Source: a virus
Taxonomy: Duplodnaviria > Caudoviricetes
Strand: one strand, 5' to 3'
IMG/VR virus record: IMGVR_UViG_3300032322_001602
Location: 1 to 62,043 of that record
Length of the DNA: 62,043 nt
The notes beneath the pieces are model-generated. The model made no database searches and was not told the origin of the DNA. It saw nothing but the letters and a program-made list of their open reading frames with translations. Position numbers and translations under genes: made by a program. Every line of letters begins with the position of its first letter. Position 1 is the stretch's first letter. Below are positions 20,003-29,190 of this stretch, in pieces.

Positions 20003-20198
20003 TGAGACCTCCCTTGCGTAGCATTGAACGTGCATTCTTAATAGCACGATGATCAGAAGGCGTGTTCCCTGTCGTCACGATAGTCTTCCCATCCGGAGAA
20101 AACCACAGCTTGTGCTGAGACCTGATTGAGGAGCGGATGCGCCATCCTTGCTCCAAGGCGGCGCGTTCTAGTTGCTTGTACTGCGTGCGTAGGTTCAT
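19995..20198 (-). CDS. HicA-like (dsRBD-fold) small protein
   Basis: 67 aa; GWRI..SQHKLWFSPDGKTIVT..TPSD..AIKN pattern; ATGA overlap with the kinase stop. Confidence 0.65.
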   Translation of the reverse strand: MNLRTQYKQLERAALEQGWRIRSSIRSQHKLWFSPDGKTIVTTGNTPSDHRAIKNARSMLRKGGLNV

Positions 20199-20782
20199 GA
20201 GAAGTACCTCTGAATGAGGAACGGCAGCCAGCGCTCGATACGCGCCTCCAGCTCGGGGATGCTGTCGTCGTTGAAGATATTGCCGAAGATCAGGTGGCGC
20301 GAGATTCCGCTTTCGCTGATGTGATCGAGGGCTGTAGTGGTGATGTTTTCGCGCACGACACGCCACACTTGCCCGCCCGCATCGATGATGGCTTGCGCCT
20401 CATTGTCGAAGCGCACGTCCGAGATCACCATGCGAGGGTTGACGCTTTGCTTCTTCTCGTTCCATGCGCGCATGGCGAGCGTAACCCACAGATCGTCGGC
20501 CACGAGATGCCGGCCCCACTCCGTGCCTAGCGTCTGTGCGAGGTAGCGCGGAGACTTGCCCAGCCAGTCGATGGGGGCCTCCTTCGCTTCGCGATCGTCC
20601 CAGATGGACGGCGGCAAGCCGAAGATCGTCTCGATCCCCCGCTTGAGGGGCTGAGCGAATGCGTGCTGCGCGAATCCGCGCTGCCGCAATATGTTGGCGA
20701 TGGTGTCCTTCCCGCTGCCCGCCTTGCCGGTGAGTCCCAGCAGGACGGGCTTGCTGCGCGGCGGATCGATGATAGCGACCAC
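20195..20782 (-). CDS. Deoxynucleoside monophosphate kinase
   Basis: GLTGKAGSGKDT, FAQPLK, RYLAQTLGTEWGR, ISDVRFDNE, HISE. Confidence 0.9.
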   Translation of the reverse strand: MVAIIDPPRSKPVLLGLTGKAGSGKDTIANILRQRGFAQHAFAQPLKRGIETIFGLPPSIWDDREAKEAPIDWLGKSPRYLAQTLGTEWGRHLVADDLWVTLAMRAWNEKKQSVNPRMVISDVRFDNEAQAIIDAGGQVWRVVRENITTTALDHISESGISRHLIFGNIFNDDSIPELEARIERWLPFLIQRYFS

Positions 20783-20783
20783 G

Positions 20784-21071
20784 TTACTTCCGCGTCACCA
20801 TTGCCGCGTGGCTTCCGCCCTCGGCAGCGCAGGCAGCTTCCCATGCGACGTTCCAGCGGGTCGTCTGCCAGAACTTCTTGGGCGAGACAACCTGTGCAGG
20901 GTGCAGGAACACAAACTGGCGTGAGGGCCGTAGCGAATGGTACATGCGGTTGAAGACGGCACGTCCGTGGTTGCTCCACTGACGCCACTGCTTCAGCGGA
21001 ACCTTGTATTTGTTGGAGACCGGGCGTCCCGTGGTGCGAACGTACATGATGGTCGGCTTGCGAGTTGGCAT
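20784..21071 (-). CDS. Basic hypothetical protein
   Basis: MPTRKP start with GGAG RBS; first gene after the terminator and putative promoter. Confidence 0.65.
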   Translation of the reverse strand: MPTRKPTIMYVRTTGRPVSNKYKVPLKQWRQWSNHGRAVFNRMYHSLRPSRQFVFLHPAQVVSPKKFWQTTRWNVAWEAACAAEGGSHAAMVTRK

Positions 21072-21102
21072 GGGTGGATCTCCGTGGGGGTAGATATTGC
21101 TT

Positions 21103-21130
21103 AGTATGCCCACGTTTGAGATCAAGTCAA
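21103..21130 (-). promoter_or_regulatory. Putative sigma70-type promoter for the replication operon
   Basis: Minus strand TTGACT-N16-CATACT just downstream of a terminator. Confidence 0.45.
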
Positions 21131-21140
21131 GAGTGACTAC

Positions 21141-21183
21141 AAACAAAAAAAGGGAGGCCCACCGCCGAAGCGGTGAACCTCCC
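21141..21183 (-). terminator. Rho-independent terminator ending the early operon
   Basis: GGGAGGTTCACCGC-TTCG-GCGGTGGGCCTCCC then T7 on the minus strand. Confidence 0.9.
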
Positions 21184-21190
21184 AAGGGAC

Positions 21191-21205
21191 TTAACAGGCT
21201 GTTAA
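21191..21205. promoter_or_regulatory. Palindromic box 1 (TTAACAGGCTGTTAA)
   Basis: Perfect 7+1+7 palindrome extending to 19 bp; lies between the last early gene and the terminator. Confidence 0.85.
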
Positions 21206-21218
21206 GTGTGTCCGCAAA

Positions 21219-21962
21219 TTACCACCTTGATGTCCTGCGTCCGTTCTCGTTGATGAGCTGCGGTACCTTTCGCCCCCCATCTTCCAGAGTTTCAAGCATG
21301 AGGGCGCTGGCCAGAATCTCGTTGAACGGGACCAGCGCTTCGCGCTGCCATGGCTCAATAAGTTGCTTGTTCAGATCGAGAAGCCCAGTCAGGTGCAGCG
21401 GAGAAGCAGCTTTTCGAGCAATGACTTTATCCTTTGCCCCCGGAGGGAAGAACATCAGCAGCTCGGGCCAGATACGAAACATCTGCCCTCCTGTGCTGGT
21501 GTTCGTATGTAGCTGCCCAAGCTTCTTCAACACAGCAGCCCCTTCGTCGTAGAGTTGTGTTACCGAAGCAGCCCACTGAAGCAGGCCCATCCGCATGTCG
21601 TGGGGTAGTAGCGACATCCCGTACCTGTTCACCTCCATCATGTTCTGTGGACGGGTACCGTCGATAAAGGGTATCTCCAGATACCTCACGGGACTTCCGT
21701 TAAAAGCTATCCGGGTCACATCCCACTGCAGCCTGAAGTTCTCTGTAACCCTGAGAAGCGCTTCCCCCAAACTCTCCATCAGTAGTGCCATAGCCTCGTG
21801 CTGTGCTGGCGTGTGGAACGCAGCATAAACCTCCTCCCCTGAGTAGGGACACGGAGCCAGCGCCCTCATGCGGTTCTGCAGCTTAGCCTCAATCCCTTGA
21901 CGGATTCGCTCATAGATAATTCTATATTCCGTCTCAGCTTTCGTTTCGCCATTTCTAGACAT
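21219..21962 (-). CDS. Hypothetical protein, paralog of 21955-22737
   Basis: Shares P.S.E..Y..(A)FH, LL.W.A.V and (W/F)PEL motifs with its neighbour. Confidence 0.7.
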   Translation of the reverse strand: MSRNGETKAETEYRIIYERIRQGIEAKLQNRMRALAPCPYSGEEVYAAFHTPAQHEAMALLMESLGEALLRVTENFRLQWDVTRIAFNGSPVRYLEIPFIDGTRPQNMMEVNRYGMSLLPHDMRMGLLQWAASVTQLYDEGAAVLKKLGQLHTNTSTGGQMFRIWPELLMFFPPGAKDKVIARKAASPLHLTGLLDLNKQLIEPWQREALVPFNEILASALMLETLEDGGRKVPQLINENGRRTSRW

Positions 21963-22737
21963 CGTCGACCCCCCAGTGTGGTTCGTTGATCCATGCCTTG
22001 ACCCTTGCAGTGGGAGACAGAAGCGTCGCAGAAGTAATCAGCTCTATGAACTGCTTCTTGCTTACCGCCTCTGTGCCGAAGGCTTCGTCAATCCGCTTAC
22101 GCAAAAACGCGATGGTCTTTGCCTGCACCTGATTGGTTTGAGATGAATCCCTTGCGTCCGGAAACGCCGCCGGTACTATGCGCATCAGCTCAGGGAACAC
22201 GTAGGGCACATACCTTGGCCTCGGGAATAGCTCGGCCAGCTGGTAGACGATTCCGACACAGGTTGCCAGCAAGGCATCGTGCTTCTTCACCGCCGCGTAC
22301 CACTCCAGCAGCCTGCTGTCGTTGCGGATGGGATCGCCAAGAACAAAGAAGGCCGGGCCTTTCCCCAACACCGAAGTCTTGGGTATAGGCACTTCTTCGT
22401 CATGCCTGACCCACAGTAGCTTCGTGTCGATGAACTCGACGTCGGGTTGAGGGTGGTGCAGCTGCGTCTGTACCTCGCTGGCACTGAGCATGGAGTAGCA
22501 GACAACAGACCCCTGCCTTGACAGAGCATAGATGTTGAAGGGCAGGGGCTTTAAGAAGATATTGTAGGTCCTTAAGTTGTGCCTATGTGTCATAGCATCA
22601 GCCAGTTGGGTAGAAGGATGGAACGCAGATCGGTACATGTCCTCCGCTGAAAGGGGAAAGGGAATGGACTGCTTGGTCCGGTACAGCAGGTCCACCAGTG
22701 AGATGCGCAGTATCTTCTGCAGGTCCACGCTACTCAT
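21955..22737 (-). CDS. Hypothetical protein, paralog of 21219-21962
   Basis: 260-aa ORF coupled to the VWA gene; shared motifs as above. Confidence 0.7.
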   Translation of the reverse strand: MSSVDLQKILRISLVDLLYRTKQSIPFPLSAEDMYRSAFHPSTQLADAMTHRHNLRTYNIFLKPLPFNIYALSRQGSVVCYSMLSASEVQTQLHHPQPDVEFIDTKLLWVRHDEEVPIPKTSVLGKGPAFFVLGDPIRNDSRLLEWYAAVKKHDALLATCVGIVYQLAELFPRPRYVPYVFPELMRIVPAAFPDARDSSQTNQVQAKTIAFLRKRIDEAFGTEAVSKKQFIELITSATLLSPTARVKAWINEPHWGVDDV

Positions 22738-23986
22738 ACTCTGCCACCTTCACCTTCACCACTTCACCGAACGGCGGCACGACGTCTTGCGTCATCACCC
22801 ACACGACGGGGTAATCGGGAGGCGTCTTGGGAAACGTGCCGTACCCGTCCGTGAAGTAGATCATGACCACCGGCTCGACCCCCATCTCCTCGATCTTCTC
22901 GAACGCCGGCTCAAACGATGTGCCGCCACCGCCACGCAGCGCAGGCTTCATCTGGTAGATGTCAGTGTAGCTTTCCAGCTCATGCACATCGTGTACCCGT
23001 GCATCGCACGACATCAGGAACACCTTCTCCGGCTTGCAGGTTGTCAGGATGTCCGCAACCTCAGCGTATGCGGCATCGAACTCCCGCTCCCCCATGCTGC
23101 CGGACGTGTCAACCACCCACGCGATCGTGCCCGCACCGAACCCGGTGTAGCTCGGGTAGTAGATCTTCTGCGTCACCAGCCGACGCCGATGCGGGGAAGC
23201 CCACGTTGTGGTGTCGCGTTCTGCAGCACGAGTGATCAGGTGCCGAAGCATCTCGCGCCAGTTGACCTGTGGGGTCAGAATGTTCGCGACCCACCTCTCC
23301 AGCGAGCCGGGCATCTTGCCCATCGCCTTGGCCTGATTGACCGCCGAAGCAATGGCCCGCTTCATCTCAGCCTCGGTACACTGCGCCGGTTCGTACACAT
23401 GTGTGTCGAGCGGCTTGCGATTTCCCATCCCTTCGTTGCTGGCGTCACCACCCCCTTCTCCCTCTCCATCCTTGGGCTTGGGATCACCCTCGTCGCCTCC
23501 ACCCCCACCTCCGCCTTGAGGTGGCGGCGGAGGTTTCTTCATCAGCTCCTTGTAGACATCCTCGGCCAGCATTCCTCCGTTGAATGCCGAATCGAGCAGT
23601 CCTCCCTTCGGCATGGTGCCGCACTGCGAAGTCGAGAGCATGTCGTTGATCACAAGGTCGCACGCGACATTCCAGACTCCGGGGTGGAACTTGTCCCCCT
23701 CGAAGCCGACGTCCTTGTATCGCTTGGCTCGATCCATGTGCAGCCACATGCAGTGGGCGATCTCGTGGCAGCAGATGAAGACCGCTTCTGGTAGAGACAG
23801 CGATGCTAGGAACTTCTCGTCGAACCAGATGATCTTGCCGTTCGTGCCGGCAGTAGGGATATGCCCGAACGTCCCGACACGCAGGTCAAGCGTGTCGAGC
23901 ATCAGGCTGGCAAAGAACGGCGTGTGCAGTAGCATCGCCGTCCGCATTTCGGTGAAACGCTTCTTGGCTTCAAAGCTGATGTCCAT
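22730..23986 (-). CDS. DUF2201-type metallopeptidase-VWA domain protein
   Basis: TAGTNG, CHEIAH (HExxH), WNVACDLVIN; MIDAS DTSGSM, GGGGTSF, YFTDGYG; AAGGAGG RBS. Confidence 0.88.
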   Translation of the reverse strand: MDISFEAKKRFTEMRTAMLLHTPFFASLMLDTLDLRVGTFGHIPTAGTNGKIIWFDEKFLASLSLPEAVFICCHEIAHCMWLHMDRAKRYKDVGFEGDKFHPGVWNVACDLVINDMLSTSQCGTMPKGGLLDSAFNGGMLAEDVYKELMKKPPPPPQGGGGGGGDEGDPKPKDGEGEGGGDASNEGMGNRKPLDTHVYEPAQCTEAEMKRAIASAVNQAKAMGKMPGSLERWVANILTPQVNWREMLRHLITRAAERDTTTWASPHRRRLVTQKIYYPSYTGFGAGTIAWVVDTSGSMGEREFDAAYAEVADILTTCKPEKVFLMSCDARVHDVHELESYTDIYQMKPALRGGGGTSFEPAFEKIEEMGVEPVVMIYFTDGYGTFPKTPPDYPVVWVMTQDVVPPFGEVVKVKVAEYE

Positions 23987-24446
23987 TGGTCCTCCTTCTA
24001 AGCCTTCTTGAAAATGTCGCGATGGCACCGGGGAACGCAAACCAGTACTGGCGGGTCTCGATCGCAAGTATCCCCCCGGTGCCGTTCTCGATGTAGCTCA
24101 GGGGTTGAAGCCCAAGCGCCTTCTGCACTGGATAGGTCATTCTACGCACGCCCCCTGCAGGGAAAGGATGTGTGACCCCCAGCATGTGCAGCTTGCCGAT
24201 CAGTTCGTCTTGGTACTCCGGCAGCACAATGAATGCTGCAATGACGAACGCCTTGACGTCTTCCCACACCCCCCTGTCCATGCGGCTGAGGAGAGGAGAA
24301 GACAGGTGCCGATCATCTACAAGCTGCATTGCCAGCTTGTCTGCACGCTCCTTCCCCAGAAACGCATCGAACTCGTCAAGGCTCATCCCCTTGTGGATCC
24401 TTCTCAGTTTGCCAGTCAACTGGAAGTAGTGAAGCGGGTCCGTCAT
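23970..24446 (-). CDS. Hypothetical protein
   Basis: MTDPLH start overlapping the upstream stop (ATGA). Confidence 0.65.
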   Translation of the reverse strand: MTDPLHYFQLTGKLRRIHKGMSLDEFDAFLGKERADKLAMQLVDDRHLSSPLLSRMDRGVWEDVKAFVIAAFIVLPEYQDELIGKLHMLGVTHPFPAGGVRRMTYPVQKALGLQPLSYIENGTGGILAIETRQYWFAFPGAIATFSRRLRRRTNGHQL

Positions 24447-25639
24447 GCGCCCCCCTTCGCGAGCCGGTCCATCATCCTGATGGCCGTGCGCGCATCCTCG
24501 CCCACTTGCGCACGGATACCCGGTGTGTTGCGCAACGCCTCCGTGTCGTGTACGCACAGGTGCTGGGTAATGTACGCCCGGATCTCCTCCACCCGCTGAT
24601 CGTTGGTGACGTTGAGGTGCTTGAGCTGATGTGCCACCGACCGCACGTTGTCCACCAGCGTGTAGTGGAACTGGTTGTCGGGATTGGACAGCCGCTCAGC
24701 CATGCGGCCTACGGCTTCGTGCGCCCGCACCCACAGGTCCTGCATCGCATTCTCCAGCATCTTCTTGGTCTTGTCCTGCAGAGCATCTGCCAGCGCTTGG
24801 CACTGCTGGGCCGGCAGTCCCTTGAAGTCGCTACTGGCCGGCACGGGCTGGAAGTCGAAGGACAGATCGAAGTGCCCTCGAATGCTGTCGACGTTGGGAT
24901 ACTCGGTGATCATGAACCGCTTGCCAAGATTCTTCCGTGCCAGTTCGATCAGCTTCGGGTACTCCGGCACGAACTCGTCGAGCGCTTCGTTCATGCTCGC
25001 CTTGCGCTTGCCCAGCCTGCCGATGAAGTCGAAGAACGACGTGTTGGGCAGCATGCGTGCGCCAGTCCGCCGACCCTGATCGTCGAGCCCCGTCGTTGTC
25101 CACGGGAGTGTCATCTCGTAGAACTCAGCACGGGCCGAGTCGATCTCCCGATGGATCTTCTTGAGCTTCTCGTCGGCTCCCGACAGCAGGTGCTTGCGGG
25201 TCTCGAACGCATCCGCATTGGCGTCGCTCGCACTGGCCGCATCCTTGCTGGCCTGCCGGTCTTTCACCTTCGCGTGCCAACGCTTGGTGTTGAGCGTAAC
25301 CAGCGTGGCGAAGTTGCGGATGTCCAGCGTCTTCGCAATGTCGTCGGTTGCGAATGTCGGCAGGGCAACGGACGGCAGCGCGTACTCCGTTCTGTCCGCT
25401 GTGTCAGTAAACACGCTGTCGCTCGCCTTGTTGATGACACCCGTGGCCGCGTCCGTCGTGCCTTGCGCCTCGGCGGTTAACAGGCTGTTAACCACGTCGG
25501 CGTCGATCGCCTTCAGCATGCCCTCTTTCATTGCGTTGACCACCGGCACCTCGTGGGCCGGGATGATAGCGCTTGGCTTGGGGTCTTCCCCACTCAGGAT
25601 GTCAGCCAGTAGCGCACTGATGTCGTCGAAGTCAGCCAT
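24443..25639 (-). CDS. Helical protein accompanying the AAA/VWA module (DUF3150-like)
   Basis: TLPW..G.RMLP, EYP..IRGHF..FDFQPVP, LNVTND pattern; location between ATPase and VWA genes. Confidence 0.6.
   Translation of the reverse strand: MADFDDISALLADILSGEDPKPSAIIPAHEVPVVNAMKEGMLKAIDADVVNSLLTAEAQGTTDAATGVINKASDSVFTDTADRTEYALPSVALPTFATDDIAKTLDIRNFATLVTLNTKRWHAKVKDRQASKDAASASDANADAFETRKHLLSGADEKLKKIHREIDSARAEFYEMTLPWTTTGLDDQGRRTGARMLPNTSFFDFIGRLGKRKASMNEALDEFVPEYPKLIELARKNLGKRFMITEYPNVDSIRGHFDLSFDFQPVPASSDFKGLPAQQCQALADALQDKTKKMLENAMQDLWVRAHEAVGRMAERLSNPDNQFHYTLVDNVRSVAHQLKHLNVTNDQRVEEIRAYITQHLCVHDTEALRNTPGIRAQVGEDARTAIRMMDRLAKGGA
25477..25491. promoter_or_regulatory. Palindromic box 2 (intragenic)
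   Basis: ggTTAACAGGCTGTTAAcc inside CDS 24443-25639; encodes VNSLLT. Confidence 0.8.
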
Positions 25640-25796
25640 TGTGTGCGTCCTCCATTGTTCGCTTGATGAGCTGCTGCTTCAGAGATTCCTTCAGCAGTTG
25701 AGACTGCTTGAGAACTTTCTGGGTCGCAGCGGTTTTCCGCCTTGCCTCGGCAAGCTGCTGTTCCAGCCGCCACCTCGGCAATGTCGTCAGTTTCAC
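25632..25796 (-). CDS. 54-aa coiled-coil protein, not in the ORF track
   Basis: GTG start overlapping the upstream stop, GAGGAGG RBS; MKLTTLPRWRLEQQLAEARRK... Confidence 0.6.
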   Translation of the reverse strand: MKLTTLPRWRLEQQLAEARRKTAATQKVLKQSQLLKESLKQQLIKRTMEDAHNG

Positions 25797-26191
25797 GGTA
25801 CCTCCTCTGTTTTAGGAAGCTTCAGGATGAACTGCTGGTATGCCTGCGGTTGCAAGACAACATCGCCGAGACCCCACTGCTTGCTGCTGTACTGTACGTC
25901 GATGCAGTTCTTGTGATGGCCGGACAGCGCGATCCGCATATAGATTCCTGCATGCAGGATCTCAATCTTGTCCGTGTCGATGTAGTGCTTGCGGATTGTC
26001 GGGCCTCCGACCGTATCGCAGATGAAGCTAGTCACCCAGACATCCGTCTGCTTCTGCGTGTTCATGAACCTGTTAAGTTCATTGACGGCAGTCTCCCTCT
26101 GCCGTGCCAAGTCAGCGATGTGCAGCTGCGCCCACTGCGGCAGGGCCTCGATCCTCGCGTGGATCGTAAGGTCGGGTATGCGTTTCTTCAT
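25793..26191 (-). CDS. Hypothetical protein
   Basis: MKKRIP start in ATGA overlap with the ATPase stop; LPQWAQLHI motif. Confidence 0.65.
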   Translation of the reverse strand: MKKRIPDLTIHARIEALPQWAQLHIADLARQRETAVNELNRFMNTQKQTDVWVTSFICDTVGGPTIRKHYIDTDKIEILHAGIYMRIALSGHHKNCIDVQYSSKQWGLGDVVLQPQAYQQFILKLPKTEEVP

Positions 26192-27249
26192 GAACGCATC
26201 AGCATGTTGGCAGCCATCACCAGATCCTTGTTCTCGCGCAGCCAACTGGCGAAGTCAGGAGTCTGGATCATCTGCGGGCAGCGACGCAGCACGGCTTTCA
26301 GGCCAGCCACCTGAAACTCCTTGCCCAGCCGCCGCAGGTACGTGAACGCCGGCTTGGCACTCATGCTGTCAACACGATGCGCCACCATCTGCATAACGGC
26401 GTAGGTCGCGTCGGGCTTGGAAGGAACCGACACCTTCTCAGGCGCAGCGATGATGTCTTCCCACTTCGGCAGTTCCTCAGCCACGCGCAGGAACGCCACG
26501 AACTCGGCAGCTGCCCCTTCGCCGATGTAGCCCGCCGCCGCCTCGGTGAACAGCGCCATTGGCAGCTTGCCAATCAGGTGGCTGACCTTGGTGAACGTGC
26601 GCGGCGTGCAGAAGGGACCGGGCTTCTCTGGAACGGTGTCCTGAAAGACGATGCCCGGCTTGACCTTCGCGAATGCAATGGTGAACGGGTTCAGCCCCTG
26701 CCGCTCGGCCCAGTCCACCCACGAGTCGAGACTCGGCTCGATGTTCAGCCGCATCTTGCGATTGTCGATGAACGCCAATCCGCGCCCGACACCAGAGCGA
26801 TCCTTCTCGCGATTGCTCGCGCCGATGACCATGTAGCTGATGGGCAACTGACTGTCGCCCACCCTTCCACTGTGGAGCAGCTCCGCCGCCGGCTTCACCA
26901 CGTCGTGGTTGGCTTGGCCCAGCTCATCCAAGAACACGATGCCGTACTCCGAGTCCCCCAGCCGTGGCATCCACGGAGCCTTGGTGAACGTCATGATCGG
27001 CGTGCCGTCCGTGTCCCGCCCCGGCAGTCCGAAGCCTCGGACGTCCGGCGGCTCGACCGTCGTCAGGAAGAACGGCTTGATCGTCACCGGCTTGCCCAGC
27101 TTCTTCGACAGCTTCTCGCCCGCTTGGTACACAGCGGCGGACTTGCCCAGCCCCGGACCGCTCACCATCTCAATGGCGAAACGCTCGCCGGTCTCCTGCT
27201 GGAGGCAGAACACATCGACGATCAGGTCGATGGCTTGATTCAGGTACAT
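26188..27249 (-). CDS. MoxR-like AAA+ ATPase
   Basis: Walker A SGPGLGKS, Walker B IVFLDEL, sensor GASNR, TPRT; AAGGAG RBS. Confidence 0.88.
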   Translation of the reverse strand: MYLNQAIDLIVDVFCLQQETGERFAIEMVSGPGLGKSAAVYQAGEKLSKKLGKPVTIKPFFLTTVEPPDVRGFGLPGRDTDGTPIMTFTKAPWMPRLGDSEYGIVFLDELGQANHDVVKPAAELLHSGRVGDSQLPISYMVIGASNREKDRSGVGRGLAFIDNRKMRLNIEPSLDSWVDWAERQGLNPFTIAFAKVKPGIVFQDTVPEKPGPFCTPRTFTKVSHLIGKLPMALFTEAAAGYIGEGAAAEFVAFLRVAEELPKWEDIIAAPEKVSVPSKPDATYAVMQMVAHRVDSMSAKPAFTYLRRLGKEFQVAGLKAVLRRCPQMIQTPDFASWLRENKDLVMAANMLMRS

Positions 27250-27264
27250 GCGATCTCCTTGCCC

Positions 27265-27279
27265 TTAACAGGCTGTTAA
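27265..27279. promoter_or_regulatory. Palindromic box 3, between the -10 element and the RBS of the ATPase gene
   Basis: TTAACAGGCTGTTAA; overlaps the -10 hexamer by 2 nt. Confidence 0.85.
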
Positions 27280-27306
27280 TATAACACAATCGTGTGGCGA
27301 AATCAA
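27278..27306 (-). promoter_or_regulatory. Sigma70-type promoter for the ATPase/VWA operon
   Basis: Minus strand TTGATT-N17-TATATT. Confidence 0.7.
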
Positions 27307-27307
27307 A

Positions 27308-27739
27308 TCAACTTTCATCTGGGTCTACGAATCCCTCCCTGAGCTTATGCTCTATTACCGTACCGTCTGTGCAAAACGAGCGTGCCGTCACATGGTTGCC
27401 CGTGGCGTCGAACTTCTCCCAGAATTCCGCAAAGCCGTTGTAATCCGCCAGTGCGGTCTTGATGCGTCCGTCGGGGATGATAGCGAACAGCGTCACCATG
27501 AAGTCGTAGTGCGCGTACCAGCTTGCGTAGGCGCTCTTCTTGCGAGTCCCGAACCCACGTTTCGCCCCCGGGCCGTTCAAGTCTCGCACCCGTAGCATGA
27601 ACGTGAAGCCCTTGCCCTTGGGAAACGGCGGAGTCTCCCTCTGGTGGCTGTTGCCGAAACAGATGTTGCCCTTGTACTTCTTGTTGATCTCGTCAAGGGC
27701 TTGCTGAAGTTGCATGCGGGTCCATCCGTGTGTGATCAC
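27308..27739 (-). CDS. Hypothetical early protein
   Basis: 143-aa ORF, GGAGG RBS, GTGA coupling. Confidence 0.7.
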   Translation of the reverse strand: MITHGWTRMQLQQALDEINKKYKGNICFGNSHQRETPPFPKGKGFTFMLRVRDLNGPGAKRGFGTRKKSAYASWYAHYDFMVTLFAIIPDGRIKTALADYNGFAEFWEKFDATGNHVTARSFCTDGTVIEHKLREGFVDPDES

Positions 27740-28233
27740 AGGTTGACCTCCTTGTAGAGCTTCTCATCTCGGTGGCGAATGCCAACAATCTTATAATTAT
27801 CCGATAGGACTACGGAGCTGCCGCGGCTGCGGGTAGAGCGCAGGAGAATGAAGACAGGCCGCCAACCTGTCGTCATTGCAACCATTCCAGTGTTGTAGTC
27901 CTTGCGTCCGCTCGGATATTCGTATTCCACCTTCAGGTACACACTTCCGAAGGATTTATAGTAAGGGACAAACTTCCGTGCCATGCAGGCAGTGGAAAAG
28001 TTGGGCTCTCTCAGTAGTTTCTGCCCAACCATCGCACGGAAGTGAGTGGAGTACGGCGCGTACAGGAAGTAATCGCAGAACTCCGCCATAGCCTGCACAG
28101 GCTCAGACGCGGACTCAGCGGCAAGTGTCAGCGCAGGGTTTGCCCCTTTGAGGCATTTCCCGTATCTCGTGTTCTGGACAGGCGTCTGGACAAAGTGGTA
28201 GCAATCGAAGCAGCGGCGCTGATTGTCGGTCAC
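27736..28233 (-). CDS. Hypothetical early protein (Cys-rich N-terminus)
   Basis: GTG start in GTGA overlap with GGAGG RBS; CFDCYHF. Confidence 0.6.
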   Translation of the reverse strand: MTDNQRRCFDCYHFVQTPVQNTRYGKCLKGANPALTLAAESASEPVQAMAEFCDYFLYAPYSTHFRAMVGQKLLREPNFSTACMARKFVPYYKSFGSVYLKVEYEYPSGRKDYNTGMVAMTTGWRPVFILLRSTRSRGSSVVLSDNYKIVGIRHRDEKLYKEVNL

Positions 28234-28535
28234 GATGCCTCCACTTTGGTGTAGCGCTCGGCAGTGCCACCGCATTCGCACACACCACTGTGAGTCATGG
28301 GGCGCTCGAAGGATTTCTTGCACCTGCTACAACGCACGCCCACCCTTGTCGCATCGATGATTGCCAGCAGGTTGTCCTCGTCGTCTCTGGCGGCAAGGAT
28401 CCCGCGCACGTCAGCCAGTACGTTCCGCAGGTTCTCGATCGTCTCAATGGCGTGGCCGATGATGTTGCGGCCTACTGGCCGGTCATAGAGAATCATGTCA
28501 AGCTTGTTGAGATGCTCTGTGCTGGATACATTCAC
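28230..28535 (-). CDS. Hypothetical protein with a C-terminal Zn ribbon
   Basis: CSRC..CECGG; GAGGAG RBS. Confidence 0.6.
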   Translation of the reverse strand: MNVSSTEHLNKLDMILYDRPVGRNIIGHAIETIENLRNVLADVRGILAARDDEDNLLAIIDATRVGVRCSRCKKSFERPMTHSGVCECGGTAERYTKVEAS

Positions 28536-28663
28536 GACGGTTCTCCTCTGAGCATGTAGAAGATAAACGCCAGCAGCCCAGCCATGTTGGCCAGCAGGAC
28601 AGCGGCGGCCACGATGATAGCGAGTCGGCCCAGCGGGCCGATGGCAGTGAGGAAGGCGCGCAT
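28532..28663 (-). CDS. 43-aa membrane peptide, not in the ORF track
   Basis: MRAFLTAIGPLGRLAIIVAAAVLLANMAGLLAFIFYMLRGEPS; TGATG and GTGA overlaps on both sides. Confidence 0.6.
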   Translation of the reverse strand: MRAFLTAIGPLGRLAIIVAAAVLLANMAGLLAFIFYMLRGEPS

Positions 28664-28923
28664 CAGCGTGCCTCCACACCAAGCAGCGGCCACACATCAA
28701 AGGTGAATTCTCTCTTGCCGTTTCCAGCGCTCCAGTTTTCCGCGATCCACACATCCGCCTCCATGACGCTGGCAAACGGGCCGTAGTGGCTAGCGGTCTC
28801 ACCAGTGAAGTAGCAGGCTTCGACTATGTAGCACACAGGCGGAGACTGCATCATCATGCCGCAGCCCGAACACACTTCGAGCCGTGGGGCCTGCGTGCCG
28901 CAGCGCTTGCAGAAGAACTTCAT
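28663..28923 (-). CDS. Small Zn-ribbon protein
   Basis: CKRC..CSGC; ATGA coupling. Confidence 0.6.
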   Translation of the reverse strand: MKFFCKRCGTQAPRLEVCSGCGMMMQSPPVCYIVEACYFTGETASHYGPFASVMEADVWIAENWSAGNGKREFTFDVWPLLGVEAR

Positions 28924-29174
28924 AAGATCCTCCCTGTCAGCTCACGCAGCAGTTCCCGAACACACTCGGGAACCTGCGTGTAGTCAAGCTGACGGTAGTA
29001 CTGAAAGCAGCGGTCGATCAGTTCAATCGGCTCGATTGGTGCGCCATCCGACTCTTGATTGTTCAGCGCATTGTTGAGCGCCCGCCTCTCACGTTCGCTG
29101 AACGAATCGAGTTCATTGATGATGTCGTCGATGTCGATGTCGACTTCAACCTCTGTGGTCATGGTGAACGACAC
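28920..29174 (-). CDS. Acidic hypothetical protein
   Basis: EVEVDIDIDD N-terminus; GAGGAG RBS just downstream of box 4. Confidence 0.65.
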   Translation of the reverse strand: MSFTMTTEVEVDIDIDDIINELDSFSERERRALNNALNNQESDGAPIEPIELIDRCFQYYRQLDYTQVPECVRELLRELTGRIL

Positions 29175-29190
29175 GGGAATCTCCTCGGCT

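Noticed and set aside
26066-26076. Half-site CTGTTAA as a tenth box
   Set aside because: Only one arm matches; compatible with chance.
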